This document shows positions 24,260 through 34,829 of a stretch of DNA of 64,000 bases, in pieces; the first letter of the stretch is position 1; each line of letters begins with the position of its first letter. Both the position numbers and the translations under genes were made by a program. Location of the stretch: NCBI GenBank assembly GCA_030390025.1, contig CM059431.1, forward strand, positions 153,018,001-153,082,000. The letters run 5' to 3'. Under the pieces are notes generated by a model. That model saw only the letters and a list, made by a program, of their open reading frames with translations. It was not told the DNA's origin and did not search any database. This DNA comes from Squalus acanthias. Taxonomy: Eukaryota.

Positions 24260-25290
24260 TTAACACTGTGGTAATTTTACTGGGCTAGTAATCCAGAGGC
24301 CAGGACTAATGATCCAGTGGTGGGGATTTGAAATTCATTTAATTAAATACATCTGGGAAAAAAAGCTATTATCAGTAACAGTAACCATCGGATTGTCGTA
24401 AAAACCCATCTGGTTCACGAATGTCCTTTCGGGAAGGAAATCTTCCATCCTTACCTGGTCCGGTCAATATGTGAGTCCACACCCACAGTAATGTGGTTGA
24501 CTCTATACTGCCCTCTGAAATGGCCCAGCAAGCCACTCAGTTATAACAAACCACTGCGAAACACAATAAGAAGAATAAAACCGGAAGAACCACCCGGCAT
24601 CGACCTCGGCACCAGCTACGGACACGACAACGGCACACCCAGCCCGGTCGAATCTGCAAAGTCCTCCTCACCAACATCTGGGGACTTGTGCCAAAATTGG
24701 GAGAGCTGTCCCACAGACTAATCAAGCAACAGACTGACATTATCATACTCAAACAGTCATATTCCATGATGAACAACACTTGGAAGAAGCACTGAGAGTA
24801 TCAAGGGAACAGAATGTACTCTGGGTGCAGGACTTCAACGTCCATCAGCAAGAGTGGCGCGATTCCGTCACTACTGACCAAGCTGGTCGAGTCCTTAAGG
24901 ATATAGCTGCGAGTCTGGGTACTGCGACAGGTGGTGACAGAACTAACACGAGGGAAAAAACTACTTGACCACGTACTCACTAATGTAACTGTTGCAGATG
25001 CATCTGTCCATGATAGATTTTGTAGCAGTGACAACCACACAATTATTGCGGAGACGAAGTCCCGCTTTCATACTGAGGACACCCTCCATCTTTTTGTGTG
25101 ACACTACCATCGTGCTAAATGGGACAGATTCAGAACAAATCTCGCAGCTCAAAACTGGGCATCCATGAGGCGCTGTGGGCCATCAGCAGTAGCAGAATTG
25201 TATTCCACCAGAATCTATAAACTCATGGCCCGGCATATCCCTCACTCTACCATTACCATCAAGTCAGGGGACCAACCCTGGTTCAATAAG
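24260..25290 (+). mobile_element. 5' part of the second CR1-group LINE family (EN remnant)
   Basis: LEEALRVSREQNVLWVQDFNVH, and homology to 61130-61640 (-). Confidence 0.8.
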
Positions 25291-25578
25291 TAATGTTAGA
25301 GTAGAGTCACCACCAGTAATGTTACAGTAGAGTCACCAGCAGTAATGTTAGATTAGTGTCTCCAACAGTAATGTTAGAGGAGGGTCACTACCAGTAATGT
25401 TAGAGTAGAGTCAGCACCAGTAATGTTAGGGTAGAGACACCACCAGTAATGTTAGAGTATAGTCACCACCAGTAATGTTATAGTAGAGTCACCACCAGTA
25501 ATGTCAGAGTAGAGTCACCAGCAGTAATGATAGAGTAGAGTCAACAGCACTAATGTTAGAGCAGTGTCACCACCAGTA

Positions 25579-25950
25579 ATGATGCGGAGATGCCGGTGTT
25601 GGACTGGGGTGGACAAAAGTGAGAAGTCGCACAAAACCAGGTTTTAGTCCAAAAGTTTTATTTGATATCTCAAGCTTTCGGAGCTGCTGCACCTTCGTCA
25701 GGTGAAGTAAAGGAATACGAATCGACAAAGCATATATAGACAGAGAACAATGCATGTGTAGCGTACAATGTCAGGCGACTACATTTAGTCCTCCTGACTG
25801 CCTTTCGTCACACCTCGGCAGAGAAACAATCAGGTCAGACAGGAAGGCAACACCTCAAAGACATAGCAAGATACCACTGAGACAATGAGGTCACAGGGGG
25901 TCTAATGTGTCAAATGCTGCAGTCTGTATGGAAAACCGTAAACTTTAAAA
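25579..25950 (-). mobile_element. Penelope-like terminal fragment with a hammerhead motif
   Basis: Same head (gatgcggagatgccggtgttggactggggtggac...gagaagtcgcacaa) as at 18883 and 32310; the minus strand reads cacCTGACGAaggtgcagcagctccGAAAgctt (~25671-25704). Confidence 0.85.
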
Positions 25951-26617
25951 TTCACCATCAGTAATGTTCGAGTAGAGTCACCACCAGTAATGTTCGAGTA
26001 GATTCACCACCAGTGATGTTAGAGTAGAGTCACCACCAGTAATGTTAGAGTAGGGTCACCACCAGTAATGTTAGAGTAGGGTCACCACTTGTAATGTTAA
26101 AGTAGAGTCACCACCAGTAATGTTAGAGAAGGGTCACCACCAGTAATGTTAGAGTAGGGTCCCCACCCGTAATGTTCGAGTAGAGTCACCACCACTAATG
26201 TTCGAGTAGAGTCACCACCAGTACTGTTAGAGTAGAGTCACCACCAGTAATGTTAGAGTAGGGTCACCACCAGTAATGTTAGAGTAGGGTCACCACCGGT
26301 AATGTTCGATTAGAGTCACCACCAGTAATGTTCGAGTAGTGTCACCACCAGTAGTGTTCGAGTAGATTCACCAACAGTAATGTTAGAGTGGAGTCACCAA
26401 CAATAATGTTAGAGTAGAGTCACCACCAGTAATGTTAGAGTAGGGTCACCACCAGTAATGTTAGAGTAGATTCACCACCAGTAATGATAGAGTAGAGTCA
26501 ACACCAGCAATGTTAGAGTATGGTCACCACCAATAATGAAAGAGTATTGTCAACACCAGCAATGTTAGCGTAGTGTCACAAACAGCAATTTAGAATAGAG
26601 TCACCACCAATATTGGT

Positions 26618-29600
26618 CTCTTCTTCTCTTCTGAGGCAGTCCCTCGGAACCGAGGATGACTTGCTTCCACACTAAAAATGAGTTCTCAGGTGACTGATGA
26701 GTCCAATGCGGGACCTACAGTCTCTGTCACAGCTCGGGCAGACGTTGGGTGAAGGGGCGTGTGGGTGGGGTGCATGGGTTGACGTGCGCTCCTTCCGCTG
26801 TTTGCGCTTGGCTTCCGCTTGCTCCCGGCGAAGAGACTCGAGGTGTTTGGCGCCTTCCCGGAGGATTCTCCTCCACTTTGTGCGGGCTCGGGCCAGGGAT
26901 TCCCAGGTATCGGTGGGGATGTAGCACATTTTCAAGTAGCCTTTGAGGGTGTCCTTGAAGCGTTTCCTCTGCCCACCTGGGGCTCTCTTATGCCGTGCCG
27001 GAACTCCGAGTAGAGTGCTTGTTTTGGGAGTCTCGTATCGGGCATGCAGACGATGTGACCAAATCATCGGAGCTGATCGAGCGTGGTCAAAGCTTCGATG
27101 CTGGGGATGTTGGCCTGAGCGGGAACACTGACGTTGGTGCGCCTATCCTGCCAATGGATTTGCAGGATCTTGCGGAGGCAGCGTTAATAAGAACATAAGA
27201 ACATAAGAAATAAGAGCAGGAGTAGGCCAATCGGCCCCTCGAGCCTGCTCCGCCATTCAATAAGATCATGGCTGATCTGATCCTAAACGCCAATCTACTA
27301 TCTACTATCACAGAACCATCTCCTGCATCTAACAGAATTGCACACACGAAATAGGAGCAGAATCAGGCTACACAGCCCCTGGGCCCGCTCCACTACCCAC
27401 AGGGCCATGACCGATCCGAACCTAGACTCAAGTCCAAATTCCTGCCCGCTCCCCGTAACCCTTAATGCCCTTTACTTCTAGGAAACTGTCTATTTCTGTT
27501 TTAAATTTATTTAATGATGTAGCTTCTATAGCTTTTTGTGGCAGCATATTCCATGGACCTACCACCCTCTGAGTGAAGTAGTTCCTCCTCATCTCAGTTT
27601 TGAAAGAGCAGCCCCTTATTCTAAGACTATGTCCCTTAGTTCTAGTCTCACCAGTCATCGGGAACATTCTCCCCGCATCCACCCGATCCAACCCCTTCAC
27701 AATCTTATATGTTTCCATAAGATCGCCTCTCATTCTTCTGAACTCCAATGAGTAGAGTCCCAATCTACCCAACCTCTCCTCATATGACCACCCCCTAATC
27801 CCCGGGATTAACCGAGTGAACCTTTTTTGCACTGCCTCGAGAGCAAGGATGTCTTTCCTTAAGTAAGGACACCAAAACTGTATGCAGTATTCCAGGTGCG
27901 GTCTCACCAATACCTTGTACAACTGAAGCAATACCTCCCTATTTTTATATTCTATCCCCCTAGCAATGAAAGCCAACATTCCATTTGCCTTCTTAATCAC
28001 TTGCTGCACCTGCATACTTACCTTTTGAGTTTCGTGCACCAGGAACCCCAGATCCCTTTGCACTTCAGTACTCTCCAGTTTCTTGCCATTAAGATAATAA
28101 ATTGCTCTAGGATTTTTCCTGCCAAAGTGCATCACCTCACACTTTCCAGTGTTGTATTCCATCTGCCAAATGTCTGCCCACTTACTTAGCCTGTCTATGT
28201 CCCCTTGCAGTTTTTTATGTCCTCCTCACTCACTACTTTCCCTCCCATCTTAGTATCATCTGCAAATTTTGATTTGTTACACTTGGTCCCTTCCTCCAAA
28301 TCGTTAATATAGATTGTAAAGAGTTGGGGACCCAGCACTGACCCCTGTGGAACACCACTAGTTACTGATTGCCAGTCTGAGAATGAACCATTTATCCCAA
28401 CTCTTTGCTTTCTGTTAGATAGCCAATCCTCCATCCATGCCAGAATATTACCCCCAATCCCGTGATTTTTTACCTTAAGCAATAATCTTTTGTGTGGCAC
28501 CTTGTCAAATGCCTTTTGGAAGTCTAAATACACTACATCCACTGGTTCCCCTTTATCCACTCTATATGTTACTTCCTCAAAGAACTCCAGCAAATTTGTC
28601 AAACATGACTTCCCCTTCGTAAAACCATGCTGACTTTGTCCTATTAAATTATGATTATCCAAATGTCCTGTTACTGTTTCCTTAATAATGGACTCCAAAA
28701 TTTTACCTACCACAGATGTTAGGCTAACCGGTCTATAGTTGCCAGCCTTCTGTCTACTGCCCTTTTTAAATAAGGGTGTTACATTAGCAGTTTTCCAGTC
28801 TGCCTGGACCTTAGCGGAATCCAGGGAGTTTTGAAAAATTATTACCAATGCATTTACAATCCCTACCGCCACTTCCTTCAAGACTCTAGGATGTAAGCCA
28901 TCAGGTCCAGATGATTTATCCGCCTTGAGTCCCATTATTTTACCGAGTACTACTTCCTTAGTGATTTTGATCGAGTTTAGCTCCTCTCCCCCTATAGCCC
29001 CCTGTTTGTCCAGTGTTGGGATATTCTTAGTGTCCTCTACTGAAAAGACTGATACAAAATATTCATTCAGTGTTTTTGTCATCTCCATATTTCCCACCAT
29101 TAATTTCCCGGTCTCATCCTCTAAGGGACCAACATTTACTTTAGCCACCCTTTTTCTTTTTATATAACTATAAAAACTCTTACTATCTGTTTTTATATTT
29201 TTTGCTAATTAACTTTCATAATCTATCTTCCCTTTCTGAATCAATCTTTTTGCTATTTTTTGCTGCTTTTTAAAGATTTCCCAATCCTCTGTCCTCCCAC
29301 TAGATTTCGCTACCTTATATGCCCTTGTTTTTAGTCGAATACTATCCTTAATTTCTTTACATAGCCACGGATGACTGTGCTTTCTTTTACACCCTTTTCT
29401 TTTCAGTGGAACATATTTTTTTTGGAAGTTGTAAAATAACTCCTTGAATGTACACCACTGATCATGTGGTACCTCTCCAGTGCTTTGAATTGCCCGCTGT
29501 ACATGGTCCATGACTCTGAAGCATTCAGGAGGGCGGGTAGCACTACTGCTCTGTAGACCATGAGCTTGGTGCTGGGTTTGAGGCCCTGGTCTTCACACAC

Positions 29601-29960
29601 GCTCTTCCTCAGGCGACCGAAGGCTGCACTGGCACACTGAAGGCGGTGTTGGGCTTTGACATCGACGGCTACCCTTGTTGACAGTAGGCTCCCGAGGTAT
29701 GGAAAGTGGTGCACTTTGTCCAAGGCCGCGTCATGGATTTTGATAATCAGGGAGAAGTCCTGTGTGGTGGGGGCAAGTTGGTAGAGGACCTTTGTCTTAC
29801 AGCTGTTTAGTGTAAGGCCCATGCTCTCGTACGCTTCGCTGAAGGTGTTGACGGTTTGGAATTCGACCTCAGAGTGTGCACAGACGCAAGCGTCGTCTGC
29901 ATACTGTAATTCGATGAGAGAGGATGTGACGACCTTTGATCTGCACTGGAGGCGACGGAG
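26618..29960 (-). mobile_element. RTE-clade LINE, 5'-truncated, split by a CR1 (pieces 26618-27187 and 29466-29960)
   Basis: KPSTKLMVYRAVVLPALL.ASESWT...ALERYH continues on the other side of the CR1; RFKDTLK...CPSCDRDCRSRIGLISHLRTH; ~30-bp flanking duplication aatttaga.tagag.caccacca.tattggt at ~26588 and ~29962. Confidence 0.88.
27188..29465 (-). mobile_element. Relatively young CR1 LINE with a near-intact RT domain (frameshifted)
   Basis: ORFs 28195-29148 and 27428-28162: YLDFQKAFDKVPH, GVPQGSVLGP, KFADDTK; (ttcttatg)n tail at 27188-27215. Confidence 0.95.
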
Positions 29961-31906
29961 TAATTTAGAGTAGAGGCACCACCAGTATTGGTAATGTAGG
30001 GTTACAATCTCTAATGTTAGAGTAGAGTCATAAACAGAAATGTTAGATTAGAGTCACCACCAGTTTTGTTAGAATAGGGTCACCACCAGTAATCTTTGAT
30101 GAGGTCCACCACCAGTAATGTTAGAGTAGGTCACCACGATTAGAGTATGGTCATCACAGGTAATTGTCGAGTAGGCTCACAGCTATTAAAATTAGTGTAG
30201 GGTCAACACCAACAATGTTAGAGTAGATTCACCAGCAGTAATTTTAGAGTAGAGTCAACACCAGTAATGTTAGAGTAGGGTCACCACCAGTAATGTTAGA
30301 GTAGGGTCAACACCAGTAAGGTTAAGGTAGGGTCTGCACAGGTAATGTTAATGCAGTGTCACCACCAGTAATGTCAGAGAAGGATCATCACCAGTAATGT
30401 TATCATAAGATCACCACCAGTAATGTTAGAGTGTTAGAGTAATGCAACAACAAATAATGTTAGACTAGGATCACCACACGTTACGTTAGATTAGTATTAC
30501 CCCTAGTAATGTTGAAGTAGGAAAACCACCAGTAATGTTAGAGAAGAGGCACCACAATTTATGATAGAGCAGATTCAATGCCAGTAATTTTAGAGTAGGG
30601 TCACCACCAGTAGTGTTAGAATCGGGTCATCACCAGTCATGTTAGTGTAGAATCACCACCAGTAATGTATTAGCAGGATTATCATCAATAATACTGGAGT
30701 AGGAACACCACCAGTAATGTTAGAGTAGAGGCACCACCAGTAATGTTAGAGTAGAGTCACCACCAGTAATGTTAGAGTAGGATCACCACCAGTAATGTTA
30801 GAGTAGGGTCACCACCAGTAATGTTGGAGTATAGTCATCCACAGTAATGTTAAGTGAAGGGGCAGCACGTCTTAGGTTAGAGTAGGGGCACTACCAGTAA
30901 TGAAAGTGTTGGGGCACCACCAGTAATGCTAGAGTAATGTCACCACCAGCAATGTTAGACTAGGATCACCACCAGTAATGTTAGTGCAGAGTCACCACCA
31001 GTAATGTTAGAGCAGAGTCACCACCAGTAATGTTAGACTAGGGTTACAACCAGTAATGTTAGAGTAGACTCACCACCAGTAATGTTAGAGTAGGGTCACC
31101 ACCAGTAATGTTAGAGTAGTGTCACCACCAGTAATGTTAGATTAGGGTCACCACCAGTAATGTTAGAGTAGGGTCACCACCAGTAATGTTAGACTAGGGT
31201 CACCACCAGTAATGTTAGAGTAGGGTTACAACCAGTAAGGTTAGAGCAGAGTCACCACCAGCAATGTTCGAGTAGGGTCACCACCAGTAATGTTAGAGTA
31301 GAGTCACCACCAGTAATGTTAGAGTAGAGTCACCACCAGTAATGTTAGAGTAGAATCACCACCAGTAATGTTAGAGTAGAGTCACCACCAGTAATGTTAG
31401 AGTAAAGTCACCACCAGTAATGTTAGAGTAGAGTCACCACCAGTAATGGTAGAGTAGAGACACTACCATTAATGTTAGAGCAGAGACATCAACAGTAATG
31501 TTACAATAGGTTCTACAACAGTGAAGTTCAAGCGTTTATTATGTAATGATGAGAGAATGTTTCACCAAATTATGTGAGGCCCAAGAAGCTAACACAGGGA
31601 TTTGGAGAGATGTTCCCTTTAGGGTTCACTCGGCGGGCGCAGAGCGCATTCCCACTGGGATTAACTCCCTTTCATTGATTTTAATGGACGGTGTTTCATG
31701 GACTGAACTTTTCAATTGTGGCCCGGGCGCACTGAAGCGGATAATCGCACTTTGTTTGTTAAGTGACTGTAACTAAGATCCATTATTGTGTAATCTGATT
31801 TTCTCACCAGGGCACGGACTGTTCTCTAAAGGGGGAGCATTTACGGATCTCAGATACACGCAGTCGGAACCGTAAAGCAGGACAGAAGTCACACAGCCTT
31901 CTGAAA

Positions 31907-31976
31907 ATGGCACGGCCAATAATTCTACAGATAAAGGACATATACTATCATTTTCTCGTTGTCTTTGGTGTTCTCG
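31907..31976 (+). CDS. GPR139-like: GPR139-like GPCR, copy R, exon 1
   Basis: MARPIILQIKDIYYHFLVVFGVL + g|gtaagt consensus donor, phase 1. Confidence 0.88.
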
Positions 31977-32308
31977 GTAAGTCAATGCATCCTGTTGGTT
32001 AATAGTTGATGACGATCTCACTGTTAATGATTATGTAACTGATTCCGTGATGGGTCTCATTGCAGAGTGACTTATCCACCGGGATAATTTGGTGAATATC
32101 AGCGGGAATCCTACCTGTTCGCCCTGCCGGTTAGGCGCTATTCTGTCCGGTAGATCTTGGGCACGGGGCACTCAAATTCCCTCTCTACACTGAGGCGAGG
32201 GTGATTCCCCGGCCCCTCCAACAGTACATAGTCCAGTACAGAATGTGTTGCTTAGTGTCCCTAGTAATCACTTCATTTGTACCGTGGTTCCCTGTCTATT
32301 TTAAGTTG

Positions 32309-32538
32309 CCATGATGTGGAGATGCCGGTGTTGGACTGGGGTGGACAAATGTGAGAAGTCGCACAACACCAGGTTATAGTCCAACAGTTTTATCTGAAAG
32401 CACAAGCTTTCGGAGCGCTGCTCCTTCGTCGGGTGAAGTCAAGGCCCTTTACTTCACCTGACGAAGGAGCAGCGCTCCGAAAGCTTGTGATTTCAAATAA
32501 AACTGTTGGACTATAACCTGGTGTTGTGCGACTTCTCA
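32309..32538. mobile_element. Miniature fold-back Penelope-like insertion (two inverted hammerhead-containing ends)
   Basis: 32352-32439 and 32451-32538 are near-perfect inverted repeats around aaggccctt; TSD tattttaagttg at 32297-32308 and 32539-32550. Confidence 0.88.
32452..32495 (+). ncRNA. Minimal type-I hammerhead ribozyme motif
   Basis: CTGACGA (32458-32464), stem II ggagc-agc-gctcc, GAAA (32479-32482), palindromic aagctt; this is the architecture known from Penelope pLTR hammerheads. Confidence 0.72.
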
Positions 32539-32867
32539 TATTTTAAGTTGATAATTGCTCGGACTGCAGCTAGCTCCACCCAACAGCTGAATATTTTATT
32601 GAATCCATATATTTCCAGTAATTGCTGCGAAATTATATTTAGCCACTGTCTGAAGTATGGTGGAAGGGGCTCGGATTTTGAGTCACTCCATACTGAATCT
32701 TCAATGTTTCTTTCCTTTTAAATCAAATCTCCTCAGCACTCGCCTATATGGCAACAAATCGGTGTACGTGACGCCAAGTAGGGACACATCTGAGCATTTT
32801 CCCACAACATGCTGTGAGATTTATCTGAGTATCCCCGTTACTGACCTCTTCTGCCTCTTCCTTACAG

Positions 32868-33775
32868 CGAACCTACTGACAATCCTGATTCTCTCCAGAG
32901 GAAATTGCGGCCTTTCCAAATGTGTCTCGGTCTACATGGTGGCCATGGCGACAGCAGATCTACTGGTCATCATCTTCCATATACTGGTGTTTCAGTTTTT
33001 CTGTAACCACTTTCCGCATTCATTCCTGTCCTACACTGCCGTGTGTAAGTCCATTCATTACATCAATACCGTCACCCTGGATATGTCGGTGTGGTTTACA
33101 GTATTTTTCACTTTTGACCGATTTGTAACTATATGTTGTCAGAAGATTAAAACAAAATATTGCACAGTGAGAACTGCGGCAGCTGTTTTAACAACAGTCC
33201 TTGTGCTGGCCTGTATAGAGAATATCCCCTTTGCTTTCTCTTATGAATCTCAACGAATCATTAACAATGTTTCCTGGGGATGCCGCGCCAATGCAGCCTT
33301 TTATTCATCGCCTGCAGCCATAGCCTATTTCCGCATTCAAAGTATTTTAGTTCCATGGTTTGCTGTTGCTTTGATATTACTGTTTAATTGTTTGACAGTC
33401 AGACGAATTGTAGTAAGCAGTAGGGCTCGCAGGCAACTCCGGGGTCACTGCAATGAGAATCAGAGCGATCCAGAGATGGAGAGCCGGAGGAAATCCATCA
33501 TTTTACTGTTCACTGTATCGGGCAGTTTTATACTGTTGTGGTTCACATCTGCCATTAGCTTCATCACTGACAGCCTGGCCGTTTATTACAAAGGTGAGTT
33601 TGAAAACCCTGCTTACATCCTGTCTGAAAGCGGATATATGCTCATGTATTTGAGTTCCTGTACAAACACATGCATTTATGCAGCGACCCAAACCAAATTC
33701 AGGCAAGAGTTGGTGAAGATGGTGAAATCTCCTTGGACATTGATTCTGATATTGATTAATAAAATGAAGATTTAA
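32868..33775 (+). CDS. GPR139-like: GPR139-like class A GPCR, copy R, exon 2
   Basis: Acceptor ctcttccttacag|cg; ANLLTILILSRGNCGLSK...FTFDRF...SSCTNTCIY; 908 nt, the same length as copy L exon 2; 325 aa in total. Confidence 0.92.
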
Positions 33776-34829
33776 AGCATAGCTTCCTGTCCTAACTAGA
33801 GCTCAATTACAGCCCGTGTTCCGTTTTAGAATGGCATTGTTTCCCTTGGGACAAAAGCGGATTGTTCTTGTGAAAATGAGCAGGTTTCAGGAAATATAGT
33901 TCCCAATTTGTGCCGGGTGTTTGATGTCTGCTTCTTTCCCCGTGTGAACATAATCGATTCCCGCTAAAACAGCGCCCTTCCCGCTCAAGATTCAAAGAGA
34001 GCCGTCATGATTGAGCTTCAACAGTGGAGTAGAACATGTGTGCGTCAGCGTTAACTACCTCACACAGCAGCTACTGGAAGGAGACGCTCAGTTTAATTAA
34101 CAGATAGACATTCCTTTAGTTTGGACATATTTAAGGGTTTTGAAATCCTGCTTATTTGTAAAATTGTAATCTTGGTTTGAATGTTGCAGGCGCTGGACTC
34201 CCCATCAGACTCCGCCCCCCATTGTCTCCTGGACCAATAGAACGGGGCCCTGTCTCCTGATCAGTATCTAATGATGGAGACAGTAGGAACTTGTCTCGTC
34301 AATGTGACATTAGACATCTTTGTTCACAGATATTTACTGAAAATCTCAACTGGTCAACAAAATGGTGGAATGTTATGAGAGGGGAAACAACTGTTTAACC
34401 CAATCAGACCTTCTCAGCGTTTACCCTTCAGCCGATCAAATTGTTCCAATCACTTTATCCGCCCGGTCTCAACATCACTTCAACCTATTTTTCTTCATCC
34501 ATCTGTACAATTAGTCTCCAATATTGGCATAATTTCTGCCTCTGTTAATTTCACAGCTTCACCACTCTCCATTTAAAGAGAAGTCTCCGAACATCCGTTC
34601 TGAATCTCGTCAGTCCATTTTTTAATCTATAATCGTTAGTTCCAGATCCCTCAAATAATGGCAGCAGTCTGCTTCTTTCTATTCTATCCCGTTCCGTCTT
34701 AACGTAAATCACCTGGGCACAACTCGCCAAAAATCTCATCCTGGCATCAATTCGCAATCTAGTGCAAGTCAGGTAAGTGTAGTTAAGATAGTTAATTGGT
34801 TGCTTTCTCTTGGAGATGACAGCGGTTTA

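Larger units (their letters stand above)
23490..31520 (+). repeat. 26-bp minisatellite (caccaccagtaatgttagagtagagt)n interrupted by four retroelements
   Basis: Units at 23490-24255, 25290-25580, 25950-26615 and 29960-31520; most homogeneous at 25950-26500 and 30950-31460. Confidence 0.95.

Noticed and set aside
23490..31520. Regular 26-bp repeats as a CRISPR array
   Set aside because: The units are contiguous with no unique spacers, there are no cas genes, and the context is vertebrate.
32657..32867. N-terminal extension of the 372-aa ORF as the receptor's start
   Set aside because: Intronic: there is a strong acceptor at 32867, a matching exon 1 at 31907-31976, and this part is disrupted in copy L.
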